A stretch of 58,930 nt of DNA, filler included. It is 6 parts of 6 records of this genome, joined end to end, with 100 filler letters (N's around TTAATTAATTAA, not from the genome) between each part and the next. Parts side by side here need not be neighbours in the genome. Positions count along the whole stretch, not along the records: positions 1 to 6,141 come from SRR31156797_24134; positions 6,242 to 17,763 come from SRR31156797_24136; 4 more parts are not named here. The stretch is one strand, 5' to 3'. Shown here piece by piece: positions 1 through 10,123 of the stretch. Below the pieces are notes generated by a model. The model searched no databases and had not been told where the DNA came from. It saw nothing but the letters and a program-made list of their open reading frames with translations. Both the position numbers and the translations under genes were made by a program. How positions within the stretch are numbered: position 1 is the first letter of the stretch; each line of letters opens with the position of its first letter.

Positions 1-161
1 TGCCGATTTTTTTAAAATTTAATGAATGATTTTTCATCATTTAAAAAGGCCAGGTGCCAAAGGACTGTTTTTACTAAAATCAAAAGAACCCAAAATGCGA
101 CATGAACCAAAAATTGATATCAAATTCGACTTGATTTAGATTTGGGATTAAAAGCCAGTTT

Positions 162-263
162 TGGTGGTCTCGTGAAAAGTCCAACTTTGCCAATTTTTAA
201 ATTCTAAGTTGTTGTAGTTATTGATAACTTCTTTGTAGGTTTCGGCTTTTTACAGGACCATCA
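162..263. repeat. ~100-bp element with imperfect terminal inverted repeats (MITE-like)
   Basis: TGGTGGTCTCGTGAAAAGTCC (162-182) vs reverse complement of CGGCTTTTTACAGGACCATCA (243-263): 15/21 identical, mismatches mostly transitions; no coding capacity. Confidence 0.5.
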
Positions 264-313
264 TGTTGTAGATTGACCGAAAAACGTCCCCCTGTCAAAT
301 GCCCAGGCTTTGC

Positions 314-343
314 TTGACAAAAAGAGTGTTTTTAATTCATAGT
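314..343 (+). promoter_or_regulatory. Putative sigma70 promoter of the receptor-kinase operon
   Basis: TTGACA (314-319), 18-nt spacer, CATAGT (338-343), 22 nt before the ATG at 366. Confidence 0.35.
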
Positions 344-365
344 AATTGAAAAAAAAGAAAAAGTT

Positions 366-2369
366 ATGAGAAAAATATTCACGCATAAGTTGAAGGCGAT
401 CGTCCTGGCAGTTTTGTGCAATGCCTTGTTTATATTGCAGTGCGGTGTTGTGGAAGGCGATGAACTGGATATGGCCCTTGAAGACCTGATGAGTGTCAAA
501 GTGACAAGTGTCAGTAAAAAACCCCAAAATATTTCCGACAGTTCGGCAGCGATTTTTGTCATTACGGAAAGGGATTTGATGCGGTCCGGCGTCACAAGTA
601 TTCCGGAAGCACTTCGTATGGTGCCGGGCATCCATGTGGGCCGCATTGATTCAAATAAATGGGCGGTGACCAGCCGGGGGTTTAATAACCGGTTTACCAA
701 AAAACTTCTGGTGATGATTGACGGTAGAGCCGTGTATACGCCTGGATTTTCAGGGGTCTATTGGGAGGTGCAGGATCTGGTGCTGGAAGACGTGGAGCGC
801 ATTGAAGTGATCCTGGGCCCCGGGGCATCATTATGGGGGGCCAACGCGGTAAACGGCGTTATTAATATCATCACAAAACCTGCATCGGATACCCTGGGGG
901 GAATGGTCAGTGTTGGAGGGGGAAATATAGAAAAGGCCTTTGGCAGTGCACGGTACGGTGCCGCTTTGGGTAAAGGGGTATATGGGCGGATATATGCAAA
1001 ATATTTAAACAGAGATGACTTTGAATTCAAAGCAGGGAGCGATGCCGGCGATAATTGGGACAATTTTCGTACCGGATTCCGGATGGATGCAATATTGCCG
1101 GGGCCGGTAGATTTTACCGTTCAGGGGGATTTGTATAAAGGAAGTATCAATCAGAGCATTGAGAACCTCCCGATTGAAACGCCTCCCTATTCACTGGATG
1201 TGGAGGAGGACGCAGATGTTTCAGGAGGGAATTTGCTTGCCCGATGGCAGCGTATATTATCAATGTCTTCCAGTGTGACGATTCAGGCCTATTATGACCG
1301 GACAACCCGGGATGATTTTTATATTTATGAGATACGAGACAGCATTGATCTGGATATACAGCACCGCTTTTCACCTCTGGACGGACATGATCTGGTATGG
1401 GGGGCACGGTATAGATATACCCATGACGATATGACCGGAAGATATGTGATGGAAATAGACCCGGACAGTCAGGGAGACAACCTCTTCAGTGCCTTTGTCC
1501 AGGATGATATTTCCCTTATAAAGGATAAATTGTGGCTGATTCTGGGGACCAAGCTTGAGCATAATGATTATACCGGCTATGAATTTCAGCCCAACGGGCG
1601 GATGCTGTGGTCTCCCCATCCTGAACATCGGGTCTGGGCTGCCGTATCCCGTGCGGTACGAACCCCGTCACGGGGGGAATATGACTCACACCTCACCGTG
1701 GGAGTGATCCCGCCCACCTCTCCTTTTATGCCCTTTCCCTTAAAGATTTCGATTGATGGAAATGAGGATTTTGAATCTGAGACGCTGACCGCCTTTGAAG
1801 CGGGCTATCGCTTTCTGCCGGACAGGGAGTTCTCATTGGATGTATCCATTTTTTACAACGATTATGATGATCTGGAAGCGTATGTCACACTTCCTGCCGT
1901 TTCCACCGGTACGATGATTGAACAATCGCTTGTCCGGGGCAACCAGGGCAGTGGAAGTGTGCAAGGACTGGAATTATCCGCCGAGTGGCAGCCGTTCCAA
2001 TGGCTCAAGACAGATATCTCCTACAGCTATCTGGATACCGATATCTCCTACAGTATCGTTCCTGAGCATCAGTTTTCCTTGAGGGCGGGGCTGGATCTTC
2101 CCCACGACCTTGAGGCGGATATCTGGCTTCGCTATACTGGTGAGGTTGAAGCAAAGCAAAGCACGTCGGACGGTTTTGTGTCCTATAACATTGATGCATA
2201 TTTAACCCTTGATATCCGTCTGGCCTGGCAGGTAACCTCGAATCTGGAGTTGATCGCAGTAGGCCAGAACCTTTTGGACGGCAATCATATGGAATTTATT
2301 CAAGAAGCCTTTATTGAGCCGACGGAAGTGCCAAGAAGTTTTTACGGGCAGCTTAGATATAAGTTTTAA
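366..2369 (+). CDS. TonB-dependent receptor (plug + beta-barrel)
   Basis: Signal peptide; plug motifs LEDLMSVKVTSVSKK, LLVMIDGR, VERIEVILGPGASLWGANAVNGVINIITK; C-terminal NLLD...PRSFYGQLRYKF ending in Phe. Confidence 0.93.
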   Translation: MRKIFTHKLKAIVLAVLCNALFILQCGVVEGDELDMALEDLMSVKVTSVSKKPQNISDSSAAIFVITERDLMRSGVTSIPEALRMVPGIHVGRIDSNKWAVTSRGFNNRFTKKLLVMIDGRAVYTPGFSGVYWEVQDLVLEDVERIEVILGPGASLWGANAVNGVINIITKPASDTLGGMVSVGGGNIEKAFGSARYGAALGKGVYGRIYAKYLNRDDFEFKAGSDAGDNWDNFRTGFRMDAILPGPVDFTVQGDLYKGSINQSIENLPIETPPYSLDVEEDADVSGGNLLARWQRILSMSSSVTIQAYYDRTTRDDFYIYEIRDSIDLDIQHRFSPLDGHDLVWGARYRYTHDDMTGRYVMEIDPDSQGDNLFSAFVQDDISLIKDKLWLILGTKLEHNDYTGYEFQPNGRMLWSPHPEHRVWAAVSRAVRTPSRGEYDSHLTVGVIPPTSPFMPFPLKISIDGNEDFESETLTAFEAGYRFLPDREFSLDVSIFYNDYDDLEAYVTLPAVSTGTMIEQSLVRGNQGSGSVQGLELSAEWQPFQWLKTDISYSYLDTDISYSIVPEHQFSLRAGLDLPHDLEADIWLRYTGEVEAKQSTSDGFVSYNIDAYLTLDIRLAWQVTSNLELIAVGQNLLDGNHMEFIQEAFIEPTEVPRSFYGQLRYKF

Positions 2370-2375
2370 GTTCTG

Positions 2376-5300
2376 ATGAACAATGGAGGAAGGACCTTGG
2401 CATCTGCATTCTCTTACCGAAATCTGAAGATTTCACACTATCTGATTATAATTTTTCTCATGCTCTCGGTTCTGATAAACACAATTATCACATTCACCCT
2501 TTACCAGGCGGCATCCAAACAAGTAAAACAGGACATTCAACAGCGGCTTCACGATATTGTCGCCATCTCCGCCAGAAGCATTGACGCGGATCTTCATGAA
2601 CAATTATTGATCATGTCCCGGCAGCAAACACCGCTTTTGGCTCAAAATTCCCAAATTTATAAAGAGTTGAAACAGACATTGCAGAAAATTCGGGATGTTG
2701 CAAGCGATGTTCATTTTATTTACACAATGCGAACCACCCAGGTCCCAGGGGATCAGGATCATGGAGAGCTTCAAAAAAATCCCCCCAAAATCATGTTTGT
2801 GGTTGATGCAGAAGCCGATCCCGGCCAAATGGCAAGGCTCGGGGATATATACACCGATGCCAGCCCACTTTTAACCAAACGTTTTTTTGACATGCGCAGG
2901 CCGGTAATCGAAGAAACGGTTTATCAGGATCAATGGGGGTTCTGGCTTTCCGGATATGCCCCTTTTTACGACTCCCAGGGGCGTAGAGCCGGTGTTGTAG
3001 GGGTGGATATCTCAGCATCCACCGTCGCCCAGTACCAGGAACGGCTTTTATTTAAATCGTTGATCATATTTCTGGCTACCCTTCCTTTTATTTTGGCGGG
3101 TGCAATTCTTATCGGACGGATGTTTGGTGCACCTTTGACAATGATGCAAAAAGGGGCCCAAGCCATGACATCTGGGGATTTGGGCCATCGCCTTAAAATT
3201 CCTGCAGGCAGGGAACCCGCCATACTGGCGAATGCGATGAACCAGATGGCCGCGCATTTGCAGCAGGAGCAGGACAACCTGAAGCTAATGGTGTCAAAAT
3301 ATAAAAACATCTTTGAAAATGCCACAGAGGGAATATTCCAGACCACCCCTGAAGGCCGGTTGCTCACCGCCAACACAGCCATGGTTAAAATGCTTGGGTA
3401 TGAGAGTATAGATCAGATGCAGGCAGCCATTGACGGCAGCATTGTCAATATTTACCAAACCCCGGAAGACCGACGGGACATTGTCTGTCGCCTGAAAGAA
3501 GAGAGCCAGATTTCAGACCTCCAGGTTGAACTAATACAGAAAAACGGTTCCAGTATTATGGCCGAAGTGAATATCCATGTCTGCGATTACAACCAGATCA
3601 ATGGGGAGAAAAAAATCATTGAAGGCAGTATCCGGGATATTACCCAGCGCATTGAGCGGGAAAAGGCTGAACGCGAAAAAGAGGCTGCCCAGGCCTCATC
3701 CCAGGCAAAGAGTGAATTTCTAGCCAATATGAGCCATGAAATCCGCACCCCATTGAATGCAGTAATGGGCCTGACAGATCTTTTGAAACGGACCCAGCTC
3801 TCAGATTTCCAACAGCAATATTTAAAAAAAATCACCATTTCATCCAAAAGCCTTTTGGCGGTCATCAATGACATCCTTGATTTTTCCAAAATTGAAGCCG
3901 GACGGCTGGAGCTGGAACAGGCCCCATTTTCCCTGTATGATCTCATGGCCAATGTCTCTGAAATGTTTGCCTTTAATGCCGATGAAAAAGGGCTTGAATT
4001 TCTGCTCTCCATAGATGAAAACGCTGCTGCTGCAGTCATTGGCGACTCGGTTCGCCTTGGTCAGGTACTGATCAATCTGGTGGGCAATGCCATTAAGTTT
4101 ACCCAAAAAGGAGAGATTGTCGTCAGGGCAGACCTTGAAAAAGAAACCCCAAAAGATGAGGGTAAAGATACAGCAATTCAATGGCTTAGGTTCTCAGTCT
4201 GGGATTCGGGCATCGGCATTCCGGCGGACCGTCTGGAGGATCTGTTTGAATCCTTTACCCAGGCAGACGGTTCCACCACCCGCAAATACGGGGGAACCGG
4301 ACTGGGATTGACCATTTCCAGGCAGCTTGTCCGCCTCATGGGAGGGGATATCACCGTGACCAGTACCCCTGGGGAAGGCAGTTGTTTTTCATTCGTTCTC
4401 CCCCTGAAATGTCAGCCCCAAAAGGATCAGATCCTGTTAAATCCCCCTAGGGATCTGCGTGGATTAAAGGTACTGATTGTGGATGACAACCGGATAGCCC
4501 TGGAGCTTCTGGCAACTATTATCCAATCCTTTCACATGGAGGCGGTCACTGCCCATTCCGGGGAACAAGCCCTGGACCTGCTCAGAAACCAGCCAGATAC
4601 CGCCCCGTTTGATTTGGTGCTGATGGACTGGAAAATGCCGGAGATGAACGGCCTTGAGACCTCACGTAAAATCAAACTGGAGATGGAACTGGAAAAGACC
4701 CCCATCGTATGCATGGTCTCGGCCCATGCCCGGGAAGATCTTATCCAGCAGGCTGACCGGAAATTTCTGGATGCATTTCTTCATAAACCGGTAAACCAGT
4801 CATTTCTCTTTGATACCATCATGGAACTTTTCGGCAGGCATGATGCCCAGGTATCCAAACCCAGCACCCAGAGGCCCGCCCTGGAAAGTCTGGAAAATGA
4901 ACAGCTCAAGGGCAAACACATCCTCCTGGTTGAAGACAATGAAATCAACCGGGAAGTGGCTTTGGAATGGCTTAGCAGTGCAGGACTTAAGGTGGATATG
5001 GCTGTGAATGGAAAGGCAGCCCTGTCATTTCTAGGTATTCAACCCCAAAACCAGAATTCGCTAAGGCCCGATGCAGTACTCATGGATATTCAAATGCCTG
5101 AAATGGACGGATTTGAAACCACCGGCCATATCCGTAAAGACCCCCGGTACAAGGATCTGCCCGTTATTGCCATGACAGCCCATGCCCTTAAAGGCGACCG
5201 GGAAAAATGTATTGATGCCGGCATGGATGATTATGTCACCAAACCCATTGACCCGGTGATCCTACTCCAGACCCTGACCCGATGGACCATAGACAGCGAA

Positions 5301-6059
5301 GGGCCATTATCCAATGAACCCAAATCCCTTGGGCCTCAGAAGAAAGACCCTGAAAAACCGGGAAGCGAACCGGGAAATAAAGCCCCTCCATATGAAATTT
5401 CGGGTATTATAGTGGCCCGTGGGCTCTACCGTGCAAATAACAATGAAAAATTGTATGAGAAACTGCTCAAAAGTTTTATCAGGGATTTTGGTGGTGCCCG
5501 GGATGAATTAACCCGTTTGTTGACCCAAAAAGAAAATTTAGCTACGGCCCTTGAAAATGCCAGAATGACAGCCCATTCCATTAAAGGGGTATCCGGCAAC
5601 ATCGGTGCAGAAACTCTTTTCGCCCGGGCTTCCGACCTGGAGCAGGCCATTGCCGCTTTAAAAGAGACCAATCGAGAAAAAAGAGTGCCGGACCAAATCT
5701 GGCAACCGTTCTGCGATGAACTGGATCAGGTGCTCTCGGGTATAAGGGAACATGTGAACAAAAAGGAGGATGGCAACACCCTTGATATCCAACAGGATCA
5801 AAAGAGCAGTCCCGACCCGGATGATCCGGTCCAGGATACGGGTATTTTGATTGAGTTGCTGGCCCGCCTTGGCCCCATGTTGGATGACGACCTGAATGCG
5901 GCCCGGGATATGGTGGACCGTATTGCCCGGGATTTTAAAACCGTCGTGGGGCAAACATTCTGCCAAAATTTAATGGATGCAATGGATGATTTTGAAATTG
6001 ATGAGGCATCTGATATGGTAGAAGAGATGTCCCGGATCGTAAAAGAAAGAGCAGAATAA
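2376..6059 (+). CDS. Hybrid sensor histidine kinase (TM-periplasmic sensor-TM-HAMP-PAS-HisKA-HATPase-REC-REC-Hpt)
   Basis: FLANMSHEIRTPLN H-box; NLVGNAIKFT; GGTGLGL; two receivers (LMDWKMP, LMDIQMP); Hpt AHSIKGVSGNIGA. True start may be TTG at 2397, after GGAGG. Confidence 0.93.
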   Translation: MNNGGRTLASAFSYRNLKISHYLIIIFLMLSVLINTIITFTLYQAASKQVKQDIQQRLHDIVAISARSIDADLHEQLLIMSRQQTPLLAQNSQIYKELKQTLQKIRDVASDVHFIYTMRTTQVPGDQDHGELQKNPPKIMFVVDAEADPGQMARLGDIYTDASPLLTKRFFDMRRPVIEETVYQDQWGFWLSGYAPFYDSQGRRAGVVGVDISASTVAQYQERLLFKSLIIFLATLPFILAGAILIGRMFGAPLTMMQKGAQAMTSGDLGHRLKIPAGREPAILANAMNQMAAHLQQEQDNLKLMVSKYKNIFENATEGIFQTTPEGRLLTANTAMVKMLGYESIDQMQAAIDGSIVNIYQTPEDRRDIVCRLKEESQISDLQVELIQKNGSSIMAEVNIHVCDYNQINGEKKIIEGSIRDITQRIEREKAEREKEAAQASSQAKSEFLANMSHEIRTPLNAVMGLTDLLKRTQLSDFQQQYLKKITISSKSLLAVINDILDFSKIEAGRLELEQAPFSLYDLMANVSEMFAFNADEKGLEFLLSIDENAAAAVIGDSVRLGQVLINLVGNAIKFTQKGEIVVRADLEKETPKDEGKDTAIQWLRFSVWDSGIGIPADRLEDLFESFTQADGSTTRKYGGTGLGLTISRQLVRLMGGDITVTSTPGEGSCFSFVLPLKCQPQKDQILLNPPRDLRGLKVLIVDDNRIALELLATIIQSFHMEAVTAHSGEQALDLLRNQPDTAPFDLVLMDWKMPEMNGLETSRKIKLEMELEKTPIVCMVSAHAREDLIQQADRKFLDAFLHKPVNQSFLFDTIMELFGRHDAQVSKPSTQRPALESLENEQLKGKHILLVEDNEINREVALEWLSSAGLKVDMAVNGKAALSFLGIQPQNQNSLRPDAVLMDIQMPEMDGFETTGHIRKDPRYKDLPVIAMTAHALKGDREKCIDAGMDDYVTKPIDPVILLQTLTRWTIDSEGPLSNEPKSLGPQKKDPEKPGSEPGNKAPPYEISGIIVARGLYRANNNEKLYEKLLKSFIRDFGGARDELTRLLTQKENLATALENARMTAHSIKGVSGNIGAETLFARASDLEQAIAALKETNREKRVPDQIWQPFCDELDQVLSGIREHVNKKEDGNTLDIQQDQKSSPDPDDPVQDTGILIELLARLGPMLDDDLNAARDMVDRIARDFKTVVGQTFCQNLMDAMDDFEIDEASDMVEEMSRIVKERAE

Positions 6060-6071
6060 ATCTATAGCGCC

Positions 6072-6140
6072 TGAACGGAAACCCGCGTTTGGGTGAAAAG
6101 TTGCCCAGAGACAAGGCGCAGGTGGGTGACTTTTCGTTCA
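6072..6140. repeat. Short imperfect inverted-repeat element at contig end
   Basis: TGAACGGAAACCCGC (6072-6086) vs reverse complement of GTGACTTTTCGTTCA (6126-6140), 11/15 identical; the contig breaks here, as expected at a dispersed repeat. Confidence 0.35.
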
Positions 6141-6141
6141 A

Positions 6142-6241
6142 NNNNNNNNNNNNNNNNNNNNNNNNNNNNNNNNNNNNNNNNNNNNTTAATTAATTAANNN
6201 NNNNNNNNNNNNNNNNNNNNNNNNNNNNNNNNNNNNNNNNN
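6142..6241. other. Artificial contig spacer (N-run, TTAATTAATTAA, N-run)
   Basis: 100 nt, all-frame stop linker, identical at five positions; composition changes across it. Confidence 0.98.
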
Positions 6242-7252
6242 GTGGTGGACTACGGCTTTCACATGACCATAGGCCCGACGGATATCTCCAAACTGGATCA
6301 GGTGCCCTCCGTCCTGGAAGAGGGCTGCGGCAGCTTCAAGCTCTATATGGCCTACGGGCTGCGCCTGAAGGATGACGAGCTCTACAAGGCGTTGAAGGCC
6401 GTAGGAGCCGCGGGAGGGCTGCCGGTAATCCATGCGGAGAACTGGGATATCATCTGCGCCATGATTGAGGAGAATCTGGCCAAAGGGAACAGGTCCCCCC
6501 ACTGGCATCCCCGCAGCCGGCCCGAGGCCTTCGAGGCCGAGGCCGCCGGGCGGGTTATAAAGATCGCCGACGCCGCAGGCGCCAGGGCCCATATCTTCCA
6601 TGTCTCCTGTCCCGAGGTCGTCGAGGAGGTGGCCAGCGCCAAATCCAGGGGGCTTGCGGTGACCGCCGAGACCTGTCCCCAGTACCTGCTTCTGACTCAG
6701 GATCTCTACGACAGAGACGGGGTGGCCGGGGCGCTTCCCGTCTGCTCGCCCCCCCTGAGGAGCGACCGCTCCCGGCGCGAGCTCTGGCAGGCCCTTGGCA
6801 GCGGGCTCTTCGACACGATCTCTACGGACCACTGCCCCTTCTGCGAGTCTGAGAAGGGAGCCGACCTGTCCGCCTTCAATAAGATTCCCGGGGGCGTTCC
6901 GGGAATGGAGATCCGTTTTTCCGCCATCTATTCAGAAGGAGTGGGGAAGGAGCTCCTGACCCCGAGCCAGTGGGTGGAGCTCTGCTGCACGACCCCCGCC
7001 CGTCTGTTCGGTATGGCCGACAAGGGAGAGATCGCCATAGGAAGGGACGCGGATATCGTCGTCTTCGATCCCGAGGCGGAGTGGACCGTGACCGCCGGAG
7101 CTCTGCAGGAAATCGCCGGCTGGACCCCCTACGAAGGCATGACCCTGAAGGGCCGTCCGTCGGTCACCCTCAGCCGGGGAGTGGTCATTATGGAGAACGG
7201 GGAGTTCTTCGGAGAGAAGGGAAGGGGACGGTTTATAAGAACGGGGCGCTGA
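6242..7252 (+). CDS. hydA: Dihydropyrimidinase / cyclic amidohydrolase, 5'-truncated
   Basis: SFKLYMAY (carboxylated Lys), VIHAEN, IFHVS, AETCPQYL, CSPPLR, STDHCPF, GRDADIVVFDP. Confidence 0.82.
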   Translation: MVDYGFHMTIGPTDISKLDQVPSVLEEGCGSFKLYMAYGLRLKDDELYKALKAVGAAGGLPVIHAENWDIICAMIEENLAKGNRSPHWHPRSRPEAFEAEAAGRVIKIADAAGARAHIFHVSCPEVVEEVASAKSRGLAVTAETCPQYLLLTQDLYDRDGVAGALPVCSPPLRSDRSRRELWQALGSGLFDTISTDHCPFCESEKGADLSAFNKIPGGVPGMEIRFSAIYSEGVGKELLTPSQWVELCCTTPARLFGMADKGEIAIGRDADIVVFDPEAEWTVTAGALQEIAGWTPYEGMTLKGRPSVTLSRGVVIMENGEFFGEKGRGRFIRTGR

Positions 7253-7267
7253 CCGGCGGAAAGGCCG

Positions 7268-8362
7268 TCAGGCGTTCAGGTCCCTCACGCTTTCCCTCTC
7301 GATCATAACCGGTTCGAAGATCAGTTCCATGGGGTGGATGCGGCTTCCCTGCTCTATCTCGTCTATCAGTATCTTGGCCGCCCATTTGCCCAGGTTGTAC
7401 TTCGGGTGTTCGAAGGTGGTCAGGGGCGGGTTCACCAGATGGGTATGATGGAAGTTGTCGAAGCCGATGACAGAGATGTCCTCTGGGATTTTCAGCCTCG
7501 CTTCCTTGAGGGCCTCATAACCCTGAAGGGCCGTGTTGTCATTGAAGTAGAAGATCGCCGTCAGATCCCCTCCCGCCTTATGGAGCAGCTCTTCCGTGCA
7601 GAGGTAGCCCTGGTTCGTATCCCGGGCCTCATCGATATCGTCGTAGCTGACGATCAGTTTCTGATCGACCTCTATCCCCGCCTCTTCCAGTGCGCGGGTG
7701 TAGCCGTTGAAACGGAAGCAGGCCGCCTGGACGTCGTTCTTGAAGATGATGCCAATCCTTTTATGGCCCTTGCCTATCAGGTAGTTCGTCGCCTGAAGGC
7801 CGGCCTGCTCGTCGTTTATGGTCACCGTGGAGAAGGTCGTGTTGCTGCCTCCCCAGTGGGTGGCCACGACGGGGATCTTAAGGGAGTCCAGCAACTGCAT
7901 CATGGGATGGTCTTTGGCAAGAAGGAAATTTCGCGACGGCTCCAGTATCAGCCCTTTGATGCCCTGGTCTATCAGCCTCTGGATGGAGGAGAGCTCTCTG
8001 CCGTAATCCAGGTTGCAGTTCGCCAGGGCCAGGGAGTATCCGCAATCGTAGAGGGTGTCCTCGATCCCGCGGATGATCTCGGGGTAGATATAATCCATAA
8101 AATAGAAATTCCCCAGACCGATGAGCCCGCCCGTCTTGATCTTTTCATCACCCATAGTGAGGAAATAGGTTCCGCTGCCGTGTTTCCTTTTGACGATGCC
8201 CTCTTCTTCCAGTTCCAGGATGGCCTTGCGGACGGTGTTCCGGCTGACATCCAGTTCGTCCATCAGTTCGAATTCGGTGGGAAGCTGCCGGCCCGTTTCA
8301 AACTGTTCCCGCTTGAACAAGCCCATGAGATAGTTTTTTACCTGTTTGTACTTCGCTTCCAT
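7268..8362 (-). CDS. GntR-HTH + LacI-type sensor chimeric repressor (AraR-like)
   Basis: LPTEFELMDELDVSRNTVRKA...GSGTY GntR HTH; DYIYPEIIRGIE, IPEDISVIGFD, LTTFEHPK periplasmic-binding fold. Confidence 0.88.
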   Translation of the reverse strand: MEAKYKQVKNYLMGLFKREQFETGRQLPTEFELMDELDVSRNTVRKAILELEEEGIVKRKHGSGTYFLTMGDEKIKTGGLIGLGNFYFMDYIYPEIIRGIEDTLYDCGYSLALANCNLDYGRELSSIQRLIDQGIKGLILEPSRNFLLAKDHPMMQLLDSLKIPVVATHWGGSNTTFSTVTINDEQAGLQATNYLIGKGHKRIGIIFKNDVQAACFRFNGYTRALEEAGIEVDQKLIVSYDDIDEARDTNQGYLCTEELLHKAGGDLTAIFYFNDNTALQGYEALKEARLKIPEDISVIGFDNFHHTHLVNPPLTTFEHPKYNLGKWAAKILIDEIEQGSRIHPMELIFEPVMIERESVRDLNA

Positions 8363-8404
8363 GTCAACTCCGAAGGACCATCATACCAGATTCCTTTCCA
8401 AGTA

Positions 8405-9985
8405 TCATCCTCGATTGATCGTCATATACTCAAAATCAGCGGGAAGGTCCGTTCCCGCAAGGTCCTGACAGGCCAGGGCGCAGAAGGCGCCGGTGAAGCG
8501 CATGTCCGGTTCGAAGTCATCGGTGATGGTGTCCGTCGTCAGGCGGGGGCCGACGGGAGTCCACTCCCTGCCTTTTAAGGACCAGTGGAACCGCAGCTCT
8601 CCCCCGTCAATCTCCACCTTCAGATGGATAGCCCCTCTGTTGGGGATGGAGAGGTTGTAGACGGGGTAATCGAACTTGCCGTGCCGGCAGCACTGGAGCT
8701 GGAGTACCCGTCCCCTCTCTTCGTCAAAGGATATGTGGAGATAGTAGTAGCTGGACATATCGTAGTAGGCCGCCAGGCCCGCGCTCTGCTGGAAGCTCCA
8801 GGGATCGAATTCCAGGGATGTCCGGACGGAAAACCTGGGATGGTCCACCCTGTGGCCCAGGAGGGCCTGCCGGAAGGGACTGGTCATGGACTCCTTGCCG
8901 TAGAGCCTGAGGAATCCGGGACGATCCTTCAGGGAGGCAAACTCCTCTGCGGGGAGGCGTAGGCTCTGAAAGGGGGAGGGCAGGGACTCATTGCCGAAGC
9001 TGAAAATCTCTTCCCCCGACGGGGCTGACTGGATGGCTTTGCTTCCTGCGGGGAGGGGGACCGCCGGGGACGGCTCGTTACCGCCCGTCGCCAGCCGGGG
9101 CCACTCTCCCTCAGGCCAGTCCAGCTTCTGGATGGCCGTTTCCCGCCCCAGCATGCAGAATCCTCCCGCCACGGAGGGGCGTCCCGTGAGGTGGACGAAG
9201 TACCACTCTCCCCCGGGGGTTCGGACGGCATCGCCGTGCCCCGTCTTCTGAAGAACCGAATCGGGGTAGTCTCTGGCCGTGATCAAAGGGTTCCGCGGAT
9301 GGATCTCGTAGGGGCCTTCCAGGTTCGGGCTCCTGGCAACGGTTTCGCAGTGGTCGTAACCAGTTCCCCCTTCGGCGCAGAAGAGGTAATAGAGTCCGTC
9401 TTTTTTGTAAAGATGGGGGCCTTCCACCAGGCGATGGTCGCTGCCTTTGAAGATCCTCCGGGGGGGGCCGGTCAGCCTCTTCTCTTCCGGTGAGTATTCC
9501 TGCAGGACGATGCCGTAGAAGGGGTTTTTTTTCCAGGGGCGATGGTCCCATACCATGTTGATCAGATATTTCCGGCCGTCCTCGTCATGGAAGAGGGAAG
9601 GGTCGAAACCGCTGGCGTTCAGGTAGACCGGCTCAGACCAGGGGCCCTCGATGCTCGGGGCGGTGGTCAGGTAGTTGGGCGTATCCTTGTAGGTGCCGCG
9701 GATGGAGCGGACGTTTGTGAAGATGAGCCAGAACCGGCCGTCCGCATAGCTGAGGCAGGGAGCCCAGACGCCGCCGTGATCGGGGATCCCCTCCATATCC
9801 AGCATCTTCTTCGTATCCAGGGGACGGCAGACCAGTTCCCAGTTGGCCAGATCCTTCGACCTGTGGATCTGTACGCCCGGGAACCACTGAAAGGTGCTGG
9901 TGGCGATGTAGTAGCTGTCCTCAACCCTGACGATGGAGGGATCCGGATTGAATCCCGGCAGTATGGGATTGCTTATCTTATTCAT
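8405..9985 (-). CDS. xynB: GH43 beta-xylosidase/alpha-L-arabinofuranosidase (cytoplasmic)
   Basis: NPILPGFNPDPS, GGVWAP, GFDPSLF, EGPHLYK, GHG; C-terminal beta-sandwich ending ADFEY. Confidence 0.88.
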   Translation of the reverse strand: MNKISNPILPGFNPDPSIVRVEDSYYIATSTFQWFPGVQIHRSKDLANWELVCRPLDTKKMLDMEGIPDHGGVWAPCLSYADGRFWLIFTNVRSIRGTYKDTPNYLTTAPSIEGPWSEPVYLNASGFDPSLFHDEDGRKYLINMVWDHRPWKKNPFYGIVLQEYSPEEKRLTGPPRRIFKGSDHRLVEGPHLYKKDGLYYLFCAEGGTGYDHCETVARSPNLEGPYEIHPRNPLITARDYPDSVLQKTGHGDAVRTPGGEWYFVHLTGRPSVAGGFCMLGRETAIQKLDWPEGEWPRLATGGNEPSPAVPLPAGSKAIQSAPSGEEIFSFGNESLPSPFQSLRLPAEEFASLKDRPGFLRLYGKESMTSPFRQALLGHRVDHPRFSVRTSLEFDPWSFQQSAGLAAYYDMSSYYYLHISFDEERGRVLQLQCCRHGKFDYPVYNLSIPNRGAIHLKVEIDGGELRFHWSLKGREWTPVGPRLTTDTITDDFEPDMRFTGAFCALACQDLAGTDLPADFEYMTINRG

Positions 9986-10034
9986 TTAAATCTCCTCGGG
10001 CGAAATCGTTTATATGTTCCTAATATGTACCTTG

Positions 10035-10064
10035 ATTATGTCCGTATGTTCCTTTTGGAGTCAA
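10035..10064 (-). promoter_or_regulatory. Putative sigma70 promoter for GH43/regulator with overlapping operator-like site
   Basis: Minus strand TTGACT (10064-10059), N18, CATAAT (10040-10035); TATGTCCGTATGTT overlaps the spacer and -10. Confidence 0.5.
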
Positions 10065-10093
10065 GGAAAAAGTACAAAAAATGAAATTTAACT

Positions 10094-10123
10094 TTGACAT
10101 ATCCAATAAACTGGGTTTAAAAT
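10094..10123 (+). promoter_or_regulatory. Putative sigma70 promoter for the sugar ABC operon
   Basis: TTGACA (10094-10099), N18, TAAAAT (10118-10123). Confidence 0.55.

Noticed and set aside
7334-8578. 414-aa plus-strand ORF
   Set aside because: Antisense shadow of the AraR-like and GH43 genes in GC-rich DNA; no motifs.
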